IMG/VR virus record: IMGVR_UViG_3300044591_002232
Location: 1-64,000 of that record
Direction: 5' to 3' (one strand)
DNA length: 64,000 nucleotides
Position numbers and translations under genes: made by a program. Below are positions 50,125 through 61,308 of the stretch, one piece after another; the stretch's first letter is position 1, and each line of letters starts with the position of its first letter. The notes beneath the pieces are model-generated. The model was not told where the DNA came from. It saw only the letters and a list, made by a program, of their open reading frames with translations, and made no database searches.

Positions 50125-50779
50125 AGGTCGAAGACTTCAGAGCCAGCATCATCGCCGCAGCCGCTCTCCTTCCACCTGAGCCCCGAGGCCCAAAATCAGG
50201 CACGACCTGCCTCTATCGCGGTGGCGAGGTTCTGTGGTGGGCCGAGCCTGATCCATGGTCCCCCATTCTGTCGGTGCCCGGTGCCTGAGGGGGAGGTAAT
50301 GGCACGACCTTAGCCGAGAATGACACTTTAAGAACTGTCCACTTCTGACAAAATTCTAGAAATCCCTAGATACAATAAGATCAAATCAATTCAGGTTTCC
50401 AATGTCCCGCACCCATCGCCAAACTTCTTACAATAAATGTGCTCTTAGGAGCCCCAAAACCCTGAACGAAAAACGTCAAATTGATTCTTTTCTCACCGAT
50501 GATGAAACTGTGGAGTTTCAGATTTCTGGTATGAATAGGATCAAAAATCGCCGGTCCATTCCCACACATCACGACGACATTGTTTGTTCTTCTTATTATG
50601 AGACTGATTATGACCACCACTGAAAAAACTGCGTATTCTAAGTCTATGTTAGCAGATGCCGAAGATTTTCTCTGGAAAAACTTTGGTATCTCTGTAGGAA
50701 CCCCCGATTATGAATGGCCTCAAGATCAAATCATCTCAGAGGCTGTAAAACGCGGCTGGAAATTTAGTTTTTATTGATT

Positions 50780-51250
50780 ATGACAACCAAAACACAACTT
50801 CAAACCAAAATTCAAGAACTAGAAGAAGAACTTTCTTCTTTTAAACAACAATTGAATAACTATAAAAACCATCCAACTATTCAAGAGGCATCTGTAGGTG
50901 ACGTTCTTGAGGATGGCTGTATCGTCCTTAAAAAAGAAAATGGTGTCGCTCTTTTGGTGGCCCCAAAATCAACCGATGTTTATGCTACTTGGAGTAAAGA
51001 ATTCCCTAAATTCTTCAAGAAACTAGAAGAACAAGGATTTAATCCTTCTCAGTTCTTTATTCCAACCATGGATCAACTTAATCTTGCCTATAAGACCATT
51101 CCTCAACACTTCACCAGGACCATCTATTGGTCTTCTACAGAGTTTAATGCTACGGGTGCTTACTGTCAGGGCTTTAGCGGTGGTAGCATCTTCAGCTTCA
51201 GTAAGACGATCAAGAACAGCGTGCGTGCCTTCCGGTGTGTTACTTATTGA
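50780..51250 (+). CDS. DGR-target-like CLec/DUF1566-like protein, copy 2
   Basis: Paralogue of 12276..12746; YWSSTE...VRAFRCVTY. Confidence 0.8.
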   Translation: MTTKTQLQTKIQELEEELSSFKQQLNNYKNHPTIQEASVGDVLEDGCIVLKKENGVALLVAPKSTDVYATWSKEFPKFFKKLEEQGFNPSQFFIPTMDQLNLAYKTIPQHFTRTIYWSSTEFNATGAYCQGFSGGSIFSFSKTIKNSVRAFRCVTY

Positions 51251-51512
51251 ACCTTGACACTTGAGGAACTGTCCATACTTCTGCCCGCACCACAAATGCG
51301 GGCTTTATAATATTCACAGTTAATCCAAATTCAATGGACACCTTCGGATTTTATGATGCATCAAATTGGCCCCAAGATCCTAAACAAAACTCGGCTTGGA
51401 ATGCCTATGCAAGGTCCACCACTCGGCGGTATCTTTCACCCGGAATCGCCCCTGAATGTTTTGTTGTAAGGCATCGTGGCTATAAGGGATACTACGTTTT
51501 TGGTAAATAAAC

Positions 51513-51836
51513 ATGGCAATTTGGGAAGCTAAAATTATTGCGGTTCAAAACGGACCCTTTATTAATGTGCGAGTAAATGCAAGTTCTGCAAACACCGCAA
51601 AAGCAACAATTAATGCGATTTATAATAATCCCCCAATGATTACTAACCTTAGATGTGTTAGTAGTATGGATAGTGGTGGTAATTACACATCTTCCTCGGA
51701 TCCAGATGATATGACTATCAAGTACTGGATTTTAGGAATTGGTACTGTTTTATATTTTGCCGTGACTTATTGGTATATCGCCATTCCTTTGGGGATTTTG
51801 GCATTTATTTTGTGGCTTAAATGGAACAGTTTGTAA
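51513..51836 (+). CDS. Membrane-anchored hypothetical protein
   Basis: C-terminal hydrophobic segment. Confidence 0.7.
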   Translation: MAIWEAKIIAVQNGPFINVRVNASSANTAKATINAIYNNPPMITNLRCVSSMDSGGNYTSSSDPDDMTIKYWILGIGTVLYFAVTYWYIAIPLGILAFILWLKWNSL

Positions 51837-52404
51837 ATTTTGATTGCGTCTTTTTGGGTCAATTCCAAAACTGTCACAACCCTGTCAGCAAATGGCAACC
51901 ATGTGCCCTAAGATACAGAGCAATCGAAAAAAGCCAATGATTTCTTATTTCTCCCAAATTCTCGCCAATGATCTCACTGTTGATGATATTGAGAATCTTT
52001 CACTAGAAGATACTTATAAGGTTCTAGACGAACTACAATCTTATAAGGAAGTTTATTTCGCAAAATGGCGTAAGGTCCCAAAAGCCGAGATTGATTCAGA
52101 AAAGAGTGTTGAAATTCTTGAGGACATGAAGGCCTACAATACTCTTTTTATTGTCGCAAAGCGTCGGGCTCATTATCTCAATCATGCAAAGGTGAAGCAA
52201 CTGACAACTGCTGTTATTGTATGGAAAAAGCGTGCCTTTAAACTTGGTAAGGACCTCGGTTTTTCTAATGACCAGGTGAAGGAGATTATGGTTTACTGAA
52301 CTTAATTAAATAAGCCGTAACAGATCCAACAAGAAGAACACAAAAACCAGTAAGAATTTCTTGGGTCATTGTTTTTCCATAAATACTTATTATTTATTGA
52401 TATC

Positions 52405-52650
52405 ATGCAAGACCTAATCGCCCAAGAAATTCTTAAAATTCTCATGGAATCGGGTATCTTTAGAGAAGAAAGTACTGCTCTAGAAGTTTTGGAATCTGCC
52501 CCTAAATCCTGGATTGCTGAACTAGAAGAATCAGCTAGTTTTGTGGCCATTTCTTCACTGCAAGAGAGCCTAGAAGAGGCCGTTGCGAATAAAGATTTTG
52601 AGTCGGCAAAGAACATTAAAGAAAAAATTGCACAACTGAGCCAATCTTAA
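52405..52650 (+). CDS. UVR (UvrB/C-type coiled-coil) domain protein
   Basis: LEEAVANKDFESAKNIKEKI; CATAAATA late-like box at 52378-52385. Confidence 0.6.
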   Translation: MQDLIAQEILKILMESGIFREESTALEVLESAPKSWIAELEESASFVAISSLQESLEEAVANKDFESAKNIKEKIAQLSQS

Positions 52651-53081
52651 AAGTGTCCACTTTTTAAAAAGTCTGGGCACTTTTTGGTTATTATTGTTTT
52701 GTATCTGTGAAAGATGCTGATGATCTTCATAAAACCGCTGATAAACTTAGGGAATCTGTCGATAAACTTGTAAACAAGAAAAATGGTAAAAACCGAAAAA
52801 GAACTTAGAGAATTAATTAAAAAGAGCACGGAATTAATTAAAAAACAAAATGAAAGACTGGAACAACTAATTCAAACCCTTAAAAAGACCAATTCACAAA
52901 CTGGCACACGACCACCAGATTCTCCCTGATCGGGTGCTATTCTTTAAAGGTGTTAAGGGCTCTCGCTCAATTTTGGGATTCCGTCTCACTTAACACAAAT
53001 CGAAAAGGAATTTGTGCAGGCTTCTTTTCTTCTATTTAATCCGTTACAATGGGCCTGAGTTGAAGCAGGCTTGTTTTTCTT

Positions 53082-53160
53082 ACTCCACTGGCGAAACGGT
53101 AAACGCGGCAGACTCAAAATCTGCTTCTTCGGATTCCCAGTTCAAATCTGGGGTGGAGTA
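53082..53160 (+). tRNA. trnL: tRNA-Leu (anticodon CAA)
   Basis: Acceptor ACTCCAC/GTGGAGT, D-stem GCG/CGC, anticodon arm GCAGA-CTCAAAA-TCTGC, TC-TTCG-GA variable arm, T-arm CCCAG-TTCAAAT-CTGGG; CCA not encoded. Confidence 0.92.
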
Positions 53161-53794
53161 CTAACCTACTATTCTTTATTATGAACACTTTACATCAAGA
53201 CATTGAAAAAATTACTAATATGAGTTGCGGCGATGTAATTGATATTAATATGTCTGAAGAATCTGGTGGAGAAGTTCATCGTCATAATGATGGCTTGGTT
53301 CTTTATGAAATCCCATTATATGGTGGTGAAGGTAATTTAGTCGCAACATACCAGTTTAATAAAGAAGGTATTGAAGAATTAGTTACAACAGTCCATTCTT
53401 GGACATAGTAAGTATTTTTTACCATGAACACCACAGAAACCATTAATCTTCTCACAAAAAGAATCAAAAATCTTAAAGAAGAACTAGACCAAAATCCACA
53501 ATATAAACAAAACATTGTGGATTCTATTCTAGACGACATTTCTTATTATCAAAACCAACTGAATTCTTTACGAGACCAATGACTGAAGAAAATTTCTATC
53601 TTTTGTGGGAAAGATTCGCTCTTTCTGAAATTACAAAAAGTATTCCTGATAATGTAGAAGAATTTTGTAAACAGAATGAAATTACTGTTGATTATTTTAT
53701 AGAGGAGTGGTTGTGACGATTTGAAAGGTGCCCACCTCTTAAGGCCCAGCCGCAATCCATCCACTAAAATTACCAAGCATTTCACAAGAAACTT

Positions 53795-54364
53795 ATGAGC
53801 ATCCATCTTGACAAATACCTCAATCAAGAGGTCCAAATAGAACTCCGAAACGGAGAGGGATATATTGGCGTAGTTGAAGAATGTCTAGATTCACGTTTTA
53901 GCTTCAGATTTAAAATAGGAAATAACCCAAATTATTATAATACACTAGGATATTATAGTAACTCTTGCGTGGCAGAACCCCACGACATCGTATCAATCAA
54001 ACCATTCACAAAAACCATGAAATTCACCGGACTTGCCCAAAAACATCCACACATTGACCTCAATAAGTTTATTGGAAAGACTATTCTTATTCGGCTGAAT
54101 AAAGAATACTCGGGCCTTTCAACCCAATATATTGGAAAAATTTCTGGTGATTTAAACATCGGTGGGTTTCAGTTTACAAATTCAGGAAAGCGTTCTCATT
54201 GCCCAACTACTCAATGGATTACAGAAATCTATGAAGAAGGAGCCTTCCACATTGAAACCAAAGAAATTCCTGATGTAGACCCCGAAGTAGAAAAGGCCAA
54301 AGAAGCCGTAAAAAATCTGTCTGAGGAACAAATTGCTCAACTTCTTCATTCTCTTAAAAAATGA
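53795..54364 (+). CDS. Tandem-domain protein (Sm/SH3-like pattern), paralogue of 61309..61836
   Basis: Two L.K(Y/F)(L/I).....I.L.N.....G units; shared C-terminal SEEQIA.LL.SLK. Confidence 0.7.
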   Translation: MSIHLDKYLNQEVQIELRNGEGYIGVVEECLDSRFSFRFKIGNNPNYYNTLGYYSNSCVAEPHDIVSIKPFTKTMKFTGLAQKHPHIDLNKFIGKTILIRLNKEYSGLSTQYIGKISGDLNIGGFQFTNSGKRSHCPTTQWITEIYEEGAFHIETKEIPDVDPEVEKAKEAVKNLSEEQIAQLLHSLKK

Positions 54365-54561
54365 ACTGGCTTCCAATTGAAACTGCACCAAAAGACCGCA
54401 AAATGTTTGCTGTCATTGCCAAGGATGTTGTAGTAACTCCAAATGGAGTTCCTTATACAACTGACCCATATTATGTTTGGATGGAAAGTGAGGACGCATT
54501 TGCTAGATGGCCACACCCATTTCCACCAACCCATTGGCATCCTATGCCCAATTTTTCTTAA
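54361..54561 (+). CDS. DUF551-like small protein
   Basis: WLPIETAPKD...PTHWHPMP. Confidence 0.7.
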   Translation: MNWLPIETAPKDRKMFAVIAKDVVVTPNGVPYTTDPYYVWMESEDAFARWPHPFPPTHWHPMPNFS

Positions 54562-54659
54562 TTATGAAACCACTTTTTAAACCGTCCACTGCACCACCAC
54601 AAGCCGCCCATTTCACTCTATACTAAAAAAGTCCACTTAATTCATCAAACAAACAAAAA

Positions 54660-54932
54660 ATGGCATTTTACAATAAAAAACCAGTCACTATTGAGGCTCG
54701 TCAATTTGACGGAACACTTGAATGCACCCAGGCTCTTTATGAGTGGGTGGAAAGCTGCAATCCTGGAAAGCTCCGATACCTTCAAAATCCAGACGGAACT
54801 TGCCTGATGTATATCACTACTCTTGAGGGTCCACACAGTAGCACTATTGGGGACTTTCTTATCCGAGGAGTAAAGAACGAATTTTACTTCTGCAAGCCAG
54901 ATATTTTTGAAATGACTTACGACCCCGCCTGA
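54660..54932 (+). CDS. Phage protein of the GDFLIRG family
   Basis: KKPVTIEARQF...TLEG...GDFLIRGVKNEFYFCKPDIFEMTY. Confidence 0.8.
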   Translation: MAFYNKKPVTIEARQFDGTLECTQALYEWVESCNPGKLRYLQNPDGTCLMYITTLEGPHSSTIGDFLIRGVKNEFYFCKPDIFEMTYDPA

Positions 54933-54934
54933 TT

Positions 54935-55171
54935 ATGGAAATCACTTATCGCGGAATCCCCAAGAAAGAACGCATCTGGCGTGGTCGATGTATGGAATGT
55001 GGCTCTACTGCCACTGCAAGGCAATCAGAACTGACTCACATTTCAACAGATCAACTAGAGGGGGAATTTTCATGGATGACGTGTCCTGTTTGCAATGCCG
55101 GATCTGATTCCGATGGTCACGGGGGAATGCTTTTTTATCCACGAACTGAAGTCAATTGGAGTCGAGATTGA
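54935..55171 (+). CDS. Zinc-ribbon protein
   Basis: CMECG...CPVC. Confidence 0.65.
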   Translation: MEITYRGIPKKERIWRGRCMECGSTATARQSELTHISTDQLEGEFSWMTCPVCNAGSDSDGHGGMLFYPRTEVNWSRD

Positions 55172-55539
55172 AAAGGATGGGCAGTTAACCTACTGTCCAC
55201 CACACCACCATAAGTCACCCATTTCAATGTACAACATCAACCCCAACCAACGCTACATTGTATATGCTCAGCGAGCAATTATCTATTTTATTCTTGCTCT
55301 TATTCTAAACAGCCTTGCAATCTACCCATTTCTTTTGGGAGCTTGTATCGGCTGGGCTTTTTGCAATACTGTTCTTTCTATTATCACTCTAATTCAAGAC
55401 TAATGTTTACTTTTGGATTGGTCAAAAAATTACCTTTATTCCCTTGTGACACTTCAAGAACCTGCACAGCCTCCTTTGTAAAACTGCACATTTAGACGTA
55501 TGATGACTGCTCCACCCAAACCCAATACAAAAACTAATA

Positions 55540-55839
55540 ATGTACTTCTCAGAATACGGCGTTTCTCTTGAGGCGGGAGAACTTCGGGACATTCTCACGG
55601 GCAAGACAGGATTTCGTAGGTGCCCTGATTGTGAAGGTCACGGAGAGAGTTGGATACTTCATTATGTTGATGTTAATGACCCTGACCAAAATAATGAACA
55701 ATACAAAATTGTAAGTGCTCAATTTGCTGCCGATTTTGATGAGGATAATATCCATTCAGAATACTCTTGGGCAGAGTGTGATTTGGAGGATTGTGAAACT
55801 TGTTATAGTGTCGGGTATATCCCTATTGAAGGTTATTGA
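55540..55839 (+). CDS. DnaJ-type zinc-finger-like protein
   Basis: CPDCEGHG...CETCYSVG. Confidence 0.6.
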   Translation: MYFSEYGVSLEAGELRDILTGKTGFRRCPDCEGHGESWILHYVDVNDPDQNNEQYKIVSAQFAADFDEDNIHSEYSWAECDLEDCETCYSVGYIPIEGY

Positions 55840-57618
55840 GGTTGACACTTTATAAACTGGCACAATGACCCTACCCCCAGGGTCCTTTTCTTTTAAAATT
55901 ATCCCATAATCAAACAGCAATCCACCATGAAATTTGAGCATCATTCTTCAACTAGCAATGTGGTTCGTTTGTTCATGGAGAATGACGAAATGCATGATTT
56001 TCGTAATGACATGTTTGAGGCGGTGTGCAATAGCCAAGAACCGGCTCCTGTTCTTTATGATTTTATCACTGATAATTGGATTGTTGGAAAATCTTTTGAG
56101 ATGTGTAGTTGTTCTGTCAAGTATCTGGTGGAACTCGTGAGTTACTTGGAGACTAACCAAAAATGGGATAGTTATATGTCACCAACAACCAAAGTTCTTA
56201 TTGAATTTACCAAACATGCTCAAAGGCGCATTGCCAATATTAAATTTTTTGAAGAAGTAATGGAGACGATTTAAATATTATGGACCCTAACAGAAACAAA
56301 CTAGAAACAATTCTTAAACTCCCCACTCATCGTCTCTTGGGGGTTTATCGTAAAGAAAGAGAGTATTTACACGTTTATGCAGCGGACTGGGTATGGTATT
56401 GTGATTGTTCTTCTTGTGTTGAATGGAGAGAAAATAGAAAAAAAATTAATCAAAAACTTTCTGTAATAAAAGAAGAACTTGACAAACGAGAACACTTATC
56501 AAAATGAAAATTAAAGAATTAGAAGAACTCATAAAGTCCGGTAAATTTTTTGATGCAAACAGCATAGTCCCATCAAAAGACCTTGATTCTTATGATTACA
56601 ACTTATTTCTCAAATTTGCTAGTCAAAAAGAACTAGAAGATGATTCTTTCACCACAGAAACATTCAAGAAAATTGAGGAGTACAAAATTCAAGGACTTAC
56701 TCCGACTGTTAGTTTTGTAGACGAAATTTGAATTATTATTATGAACGACCTAATTGAAGCACTCCAAATCTTTTCCAAATATGGAAATTTTGAACCCCCA
56801 TTGTTCCATTGTGAAAACAATTCTTTGACTGTTAATCCTGCAATTTCACCTTTTTATGTATCCTCTGAGGATAAGAAGAGGTTGGAAGAATTGGGATTCT
56901 TTGTTAGTACTGATTATGGATACGATATCTTTAAATCTCATCGTTTCATCGTTTCGTGATCTGTTGATTATTATGAAAACACTTTTAAATATTGGCGAAT
57001 GTATAATTTTAAGTATTGTACTTTCCATACCAACATTTTTGGCTGTTTATCTTGTATCTAAAATTCCAAAGATGCCAAAAGAACCACCACAAAAGTTTGA
57101 AGTAGTTGACACGTACAAGGGTTGCGTGGTGGTTCGCTATACTCCGGTGAATTCGGCTCATTATCACTACTTTTTGGATTGCACCAGAGACACCTAACCA
57201 ACTGGCACAAGGACCCGACCAGACCAGCCAATTCTCTTTTATACTGTCTCCAGTTCAATCAACTGATTATGCCATTACTTATTTCTAAATTTAATAATTC
57301 AAAAGGCGATTTGTCGATTAAACTAGGTCAATTTATCCCAGATGAGGAACTAAATGAATTTATGTCACCTAGAACTAATACGGTGGTTTATGCGTCTTAT
57401 CAAGAGTTGACTGTGTGTTGCGATATTCTAGGGAGACGGAACCCATCTGGAATTACTCATGGATTTTTTGGAGATAATGCAAAGGAAATTGTAGGAAATT
57501 GGAATTCTTATCAAAAAGAAGTAAATGGGGTGACACCTGATTAACTGACACAAGGACCCTACCGCCTCCCACCAACATCCATTACAATACACTCAGTTCA
57601 ACCAACTCATTTCAAATT

Positions 57619-58170
57619 ATGTTGACTCCAATTGATTTCAAAAACAACTATTTTGCCCTGCTTGCCGAATCTCAACGAATTACTGGTGTAAGGCCAGCTA
57701 GTTTTATGTTTTGGCGGAATGATTCTATTTTCAATAGTGGAAGTTCCATCACGACCGAGCAATGGAGTAATCTTGTAAAGGTTGCCTCTATTATTAAATC
57801 AAATCAAAATCGATTTTATATGGGGGCCATCCACAAAAAAACTAGTTGCGGGACTGCTCACTGTATCTCCGGATATGCACACGCCCTCTATATGAATGAT
57901 ATTGATTATTATGATAATAAATCCTCCAATATTCTAGAAATTTCTACGAATATGCTTTCCCATTATGCCAAGCCATTTTTCTGGATTATGCATTCTAACC
58001 TTAACGCAAACAGGGAGGCTCATAAAGGACTTCCAGAACAACTAGTTATGAAGTGGTTCATTGACCCAATTCTTGAGGAGGCCCGCAAAGAATCTCACGA
58101 TTTGTCTGGTGAAATTACTCAGTTTGTTCAAAAGTCTCAACAAGAACAAATGGCTACTTGTGATGTATAA
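57619..58170 (+). CDS. Hypothetical protein
   Basis: SCGTAHCISGYAH motif; follows an operator. Confidence 0.75.
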   Translation: MLTPIDFKNNYFALLAESQRITGVRPASFMFWRNDSIFNSGSSITTEQWSNLVKVASIIKSNQNRFYMGAIHKKTSCGTAHCISGYAHALYMNDIDYYDNKSSNILEISTNMLSHYAKPFFWIMHSNLNANREAHKGLPEQLVMKWFIDPILEEARKESHDLSGEITQFVQKSQQEQMATCDV

Positions 58171-58256
58171 GTAGCCACCTTTTTAACTGTCACAAGGGCT
58201 CCTCACCGGGAGTCCTTTTTGCTTTATAATACCAAAACAACTGTGAGGAAACTTTA

Positions 58257-59150
58257 ATGGGCTGCTGGAACAAAACTTGCGGGGTTTCTAACCTGCATAT
58301 TCATGCAGGAGACCCTGTTTATGTTTTTATTCTACAACAAAATACTGTAAGGTCTAATCATTGTTATTCTAATCATTTTTATACCCCAGTGATGGTCCCT
58401 TTTCAAAGTCATTATGATTATTATGGTCGTGGAAAGAATAATAGCGGTATTGGGTTAGAGGTAATTATTAAAAACCTAAAAGAAAAACTGATTGAGAAAG
58501 AAATTGGCGAAAATCAATATCACGATATTGCAGTGAAACGAGAAAGATTTGATGTACATATGCTTTTTGAGTCTATGCAAAAAGGTCGGCTTGAGATTCA
58601 GAATCCTTATGCCAGATACTCTGGAAATCCAGAAAATATTTCTGTTGATTTTGTGATGATGCGAAAGGATGTGGTAGATAAACTCATTGGAGAATATGAT
58701 ATTGAGGAGTATAGTAATGGTGGGTACATATATTACAAATTTTCTACTGTTTTAGATGGTGTGGATGAACTTATTCAGGCTATTCAAGATAAAGTTAATA
58801 AACCATATTTCTTTAGTGCTATTAAATTATCTACCAATGATAAGATCAATCACTGGGTTAGTTTTTGGACTGGATTTGAATTTAGTAGTTTTATCAATCC
58901 TCTTACTGAACTTACATCCCTAGTAAAACAAAAACGCATCGAAGATGCCAAGCAATTTGCCATAGATGCTTTGAAGGGTGCATTTATGACCAAGTTTATG
59001 GAAATGACTCGTCGTAGTTGGATTCCTCAGTGCGGCGAAGGGAGCCAGAATATAGAACTTGCTGGTCATAAAATACTTGCTAAGACTATTCTTGAAATTG
59101 CAGAAAAAGAAGAAAGGGAAATTGAACAAGAGGATTACGATGACACCTGA
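58257..59150 (+). CDS. Hypothetical protein
   Basis: 297-aa ORF directly after an operator/promoter cassette. Confidence 0.8.
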   Translation: MGCWNKTCGVSNLHIHAGDPVYVFILQQNTVRSNHCYSNHFYTPVMVPFQSHYDYYGRGKNNSGIGLEVIIKNLKEKLIEKEIGENQYHDIAVKRERFDVHMLFESMQKGRLEIQNPYARYSGNPENISVDFVMMRKDVVDKLIGEYDIEEYSNGGYIYYKFSTVLDGVDELIQAIQDKVNKPYFFSAIKLSTNDKINHWVSFWTGFEFSSFINPLTELTSLVKQKRIEDAKQFAIDALKGAFMTKFMEMTRRSWIPQCGEGSQNIELAGHKILAKTILEIAEKEEREIEQEDYDDT

Positions 59151-59753
59151 GTAACTGCCACAAGGACCCTATCACCGGGTCCTTTTTCTCTATAATAATC
59201 GAGTAACCTACTAACAACTAAAATGGCACTATCAGTATCCCAACAAATTGCATCCATTGAAAATCAATTGGCCAAATTGAAGGACCAAATTGAAGAACAA
59301 GAAAATTCCCAAAAAAAGGTTTTCTATCACATTTAAATATAACACTACGAAAGAATTCTGGGGTGATGTGGAACCGACTGAAGGACTTATTCATAGTATC
59401 CTCCAGTCTAAATTAGAAAAAATTAGTGAAGCTATGACACTTTACTGGGGATTAGAATTGGTTGAGGTTTTTGAGATTTAGACAAATGAAAATCGAACTA
59501 AAGTACATTATTTCTATCATTTTCTGCATATTATTTCTTACGTCCTGTGGGGATTATGACTTTATTTTAGAAAACCAATGTAAACTAACAGGAAAACATG
59601 AAGTAAGGACAGTAGATACTTCTTATATGATTTATGTGGGCGATGTCCCTATTTGGTTTCCAGATAGTTCAGAAGTGACCTATTATGAATATTCCTGTGT
59701 CAATGATAATGTATTCTGGTCTAGAGAACAAGTAATAGCCAAACCTACTGAAA

Positions 59754-60041
59754 ATGATTAGCATAATGGACGAAAGTAAAGCCAGAATCTTAATAAGGAA
59801 ACAAACCGAACTTCTTAAAGAAGAAACCGAACTTCTTAAGAAACAAAATGAAAGACTAGAACAAATGATTACAAAAGTTAAATGTGAAACCTGCGATGGG
59901 ACCGGACTTGTAAAAGTTCTTATTAATCCAGATGGTTATTACGTTTATGCTGATGAACCGATTATAGAAACTTTAGGATGTCAGAATTGTGGAGGAAGTG
60001 GTTATGAACATAAAGACCCACCTGAAACACCGGCATCTTGA
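59754..60041 (+). CDS. Coiled coil + DnaJ-type zinc finger protein
   Basis: CETCDGTG...CQNCGGSG. Confidence 0.65.
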   Translation: MISIMDESKARILIRKQTELLKEETELLKKQNERLEQMITKVKCETCDGTGLVKVLINPDGYYVYADEPIIETLGCQNCGGSGYEHKDPPETPAS

Positions 60042-60540
60042 CCTAGAACTTCACAGGCCAATTCTTGATGAAGAATTAAACATCGCCACTTTTGTTCTCT
60101 ATAATCTCTCTGGTCAACTGGTGGGTTATCAACAATACAACCCTCTAGGCGACAAGAAGATTTTCAATTCCAAACTTGAGGGGAAATACTACACATACCG
60201 GAACAAAAACCAACCAACCATCGCAATCTGGGGAGTAGAGAGTTATTATGTTTCTGATGGTCCTATCTTCCTCACCGAAGGAATCTTTGATGCTTGTCGG
60301 ATGACTGAACTAGGCCAATCAGGATTTGCGACTCTTGCAAATAATCCACCAAAAGATTATAAAAATTGGCTAGAAATGTTACATCGCCCGGTCATTGTTG
60401 TTTGTGATAATGATGATGCTGGAAGAAAATTAGCCAAGTTTGGTGATTATGTTGAGGTAGTGCCTGATGGTAAGGACCTTGGAGAAGCACCGGATGATTA
60501 TGTTCAGTTTCTTGTAAATAACTATTGTGCCGGTTTTTGA
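60004..60540 (+). CDS. Small Toprim-domain (primase-like) protein
   Basis: LTEGIFDA, VCDNDDAG, KDLGE. Confidence 0.8.
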   Translation: MNIKTHLKHRHLDLELHRPILDEELNIATFVLYNLSGQLVGYQQYNPLGDKKIFNSKLEGKYYTYRNKNQPTIAIWGVESYYVSDGPIFLTEGIFDACRMTELGQSGFATLANNPPKDYKNWLEMLHRPVIVVCDNDDAGRKLAKFGDYVEVVPDGKDLGEAPDDYVQFLVNNYCAGF

Positions 60541-60607
60541 ACTGTCTACATCGGTCTCCATTTGCGTCCAATATCCCGTATAATACACTCAGTTCACCAA
60601 CAAAAAC

Positions 60608-60901
60608 ATGATTATTTGGCAAACCTATCGAAATGCTGATATGATAGAGGGCCGGGGACCAAGCATTCCTGACCTTGCCTTTCTTCATAGGCAACATGCG
60701 GCCAATTATATTGATGCTCAAGATGGTGTCATGGGTCGTAGGGTAAAATGGTCTAAAGATACTTTTGGAGATTGGTACATGAAAAGAGTCGAAGTGCTTG
60801 AGTATGATTATATGGAAAGTGAGCAACGAAAAGAGGAACTCAAAGAACAAGCACTTAACAAACTCTCCCAAGAAGAAAAAGAAATTCTTGGTCTTATTTG
60901 A
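60608..60901 (+). CDS. Hypothetical protein
   Basis: NADMIEGRGP motif; C-terminal ALNKLSQEEKEILG. Confidence 0.7.
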   Translation: MIIWQTYRNADMIEGRGPSIPDLAFLHRQHAANYIDAQDGVMGRRVKWSKDTFGDWYMKRVEVLEYDYMESEQRKEELKEQALNKLSQEEKEILGLI

Positions 60902-60923
60902 CAAATTCACAACATAACCTACC

Positions 60924-61304
60924 ATGAGCATCTCCATCGAAGTTTCCGACAACAAGTACCAAATGATTCTTAGTGGCATTGAGTCCCTTCAGACAAGGTA
61001 TTTTAATTCTGGCAATAAAACTATGGCTGACCGAGCTTCCGACCTCTATTCAGAACTGCGTAAGCATCAAAAAGTAGAAAAAGCCAAAAACACACAACTA
61101 CTTGTCGTTGATGTCCAGAACCCTGGCTCTACGTCTTATCATAATGCCAATACGATTGGTAGTTTCCTTCTTGGTCGGAAGATTTCTGACTATCTACTGT
61201 TTATCGTTGGTGATAACAACAAAACACGACAGATTTTTATCACAAGTTCCGAATGTTTCGAGATTCAATCTCAAGTCCTAGACCAAATTTACACCTTCAA
61301 CTAA
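60924..61304 (+). CDS. Hypothetical protein with an LLVVD-family C-terminal domain
   Basis: LLVVDVQNP...GRKISDY is similar to 63209..63415. Confidence 0.7.
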   Translation: MSISIEVSDNKYQMILSGIESLQTRYFNSGNKTMADRASDLYSELRKHQKVEKAKNTQLLVVDVQNPGSTSYHNANTIGSFLLGRKISDYLLFIVGDNNKTRQIFITSSECFEIQSQVLDQIYTFN

Positions 61305-61308
61305 TCTT

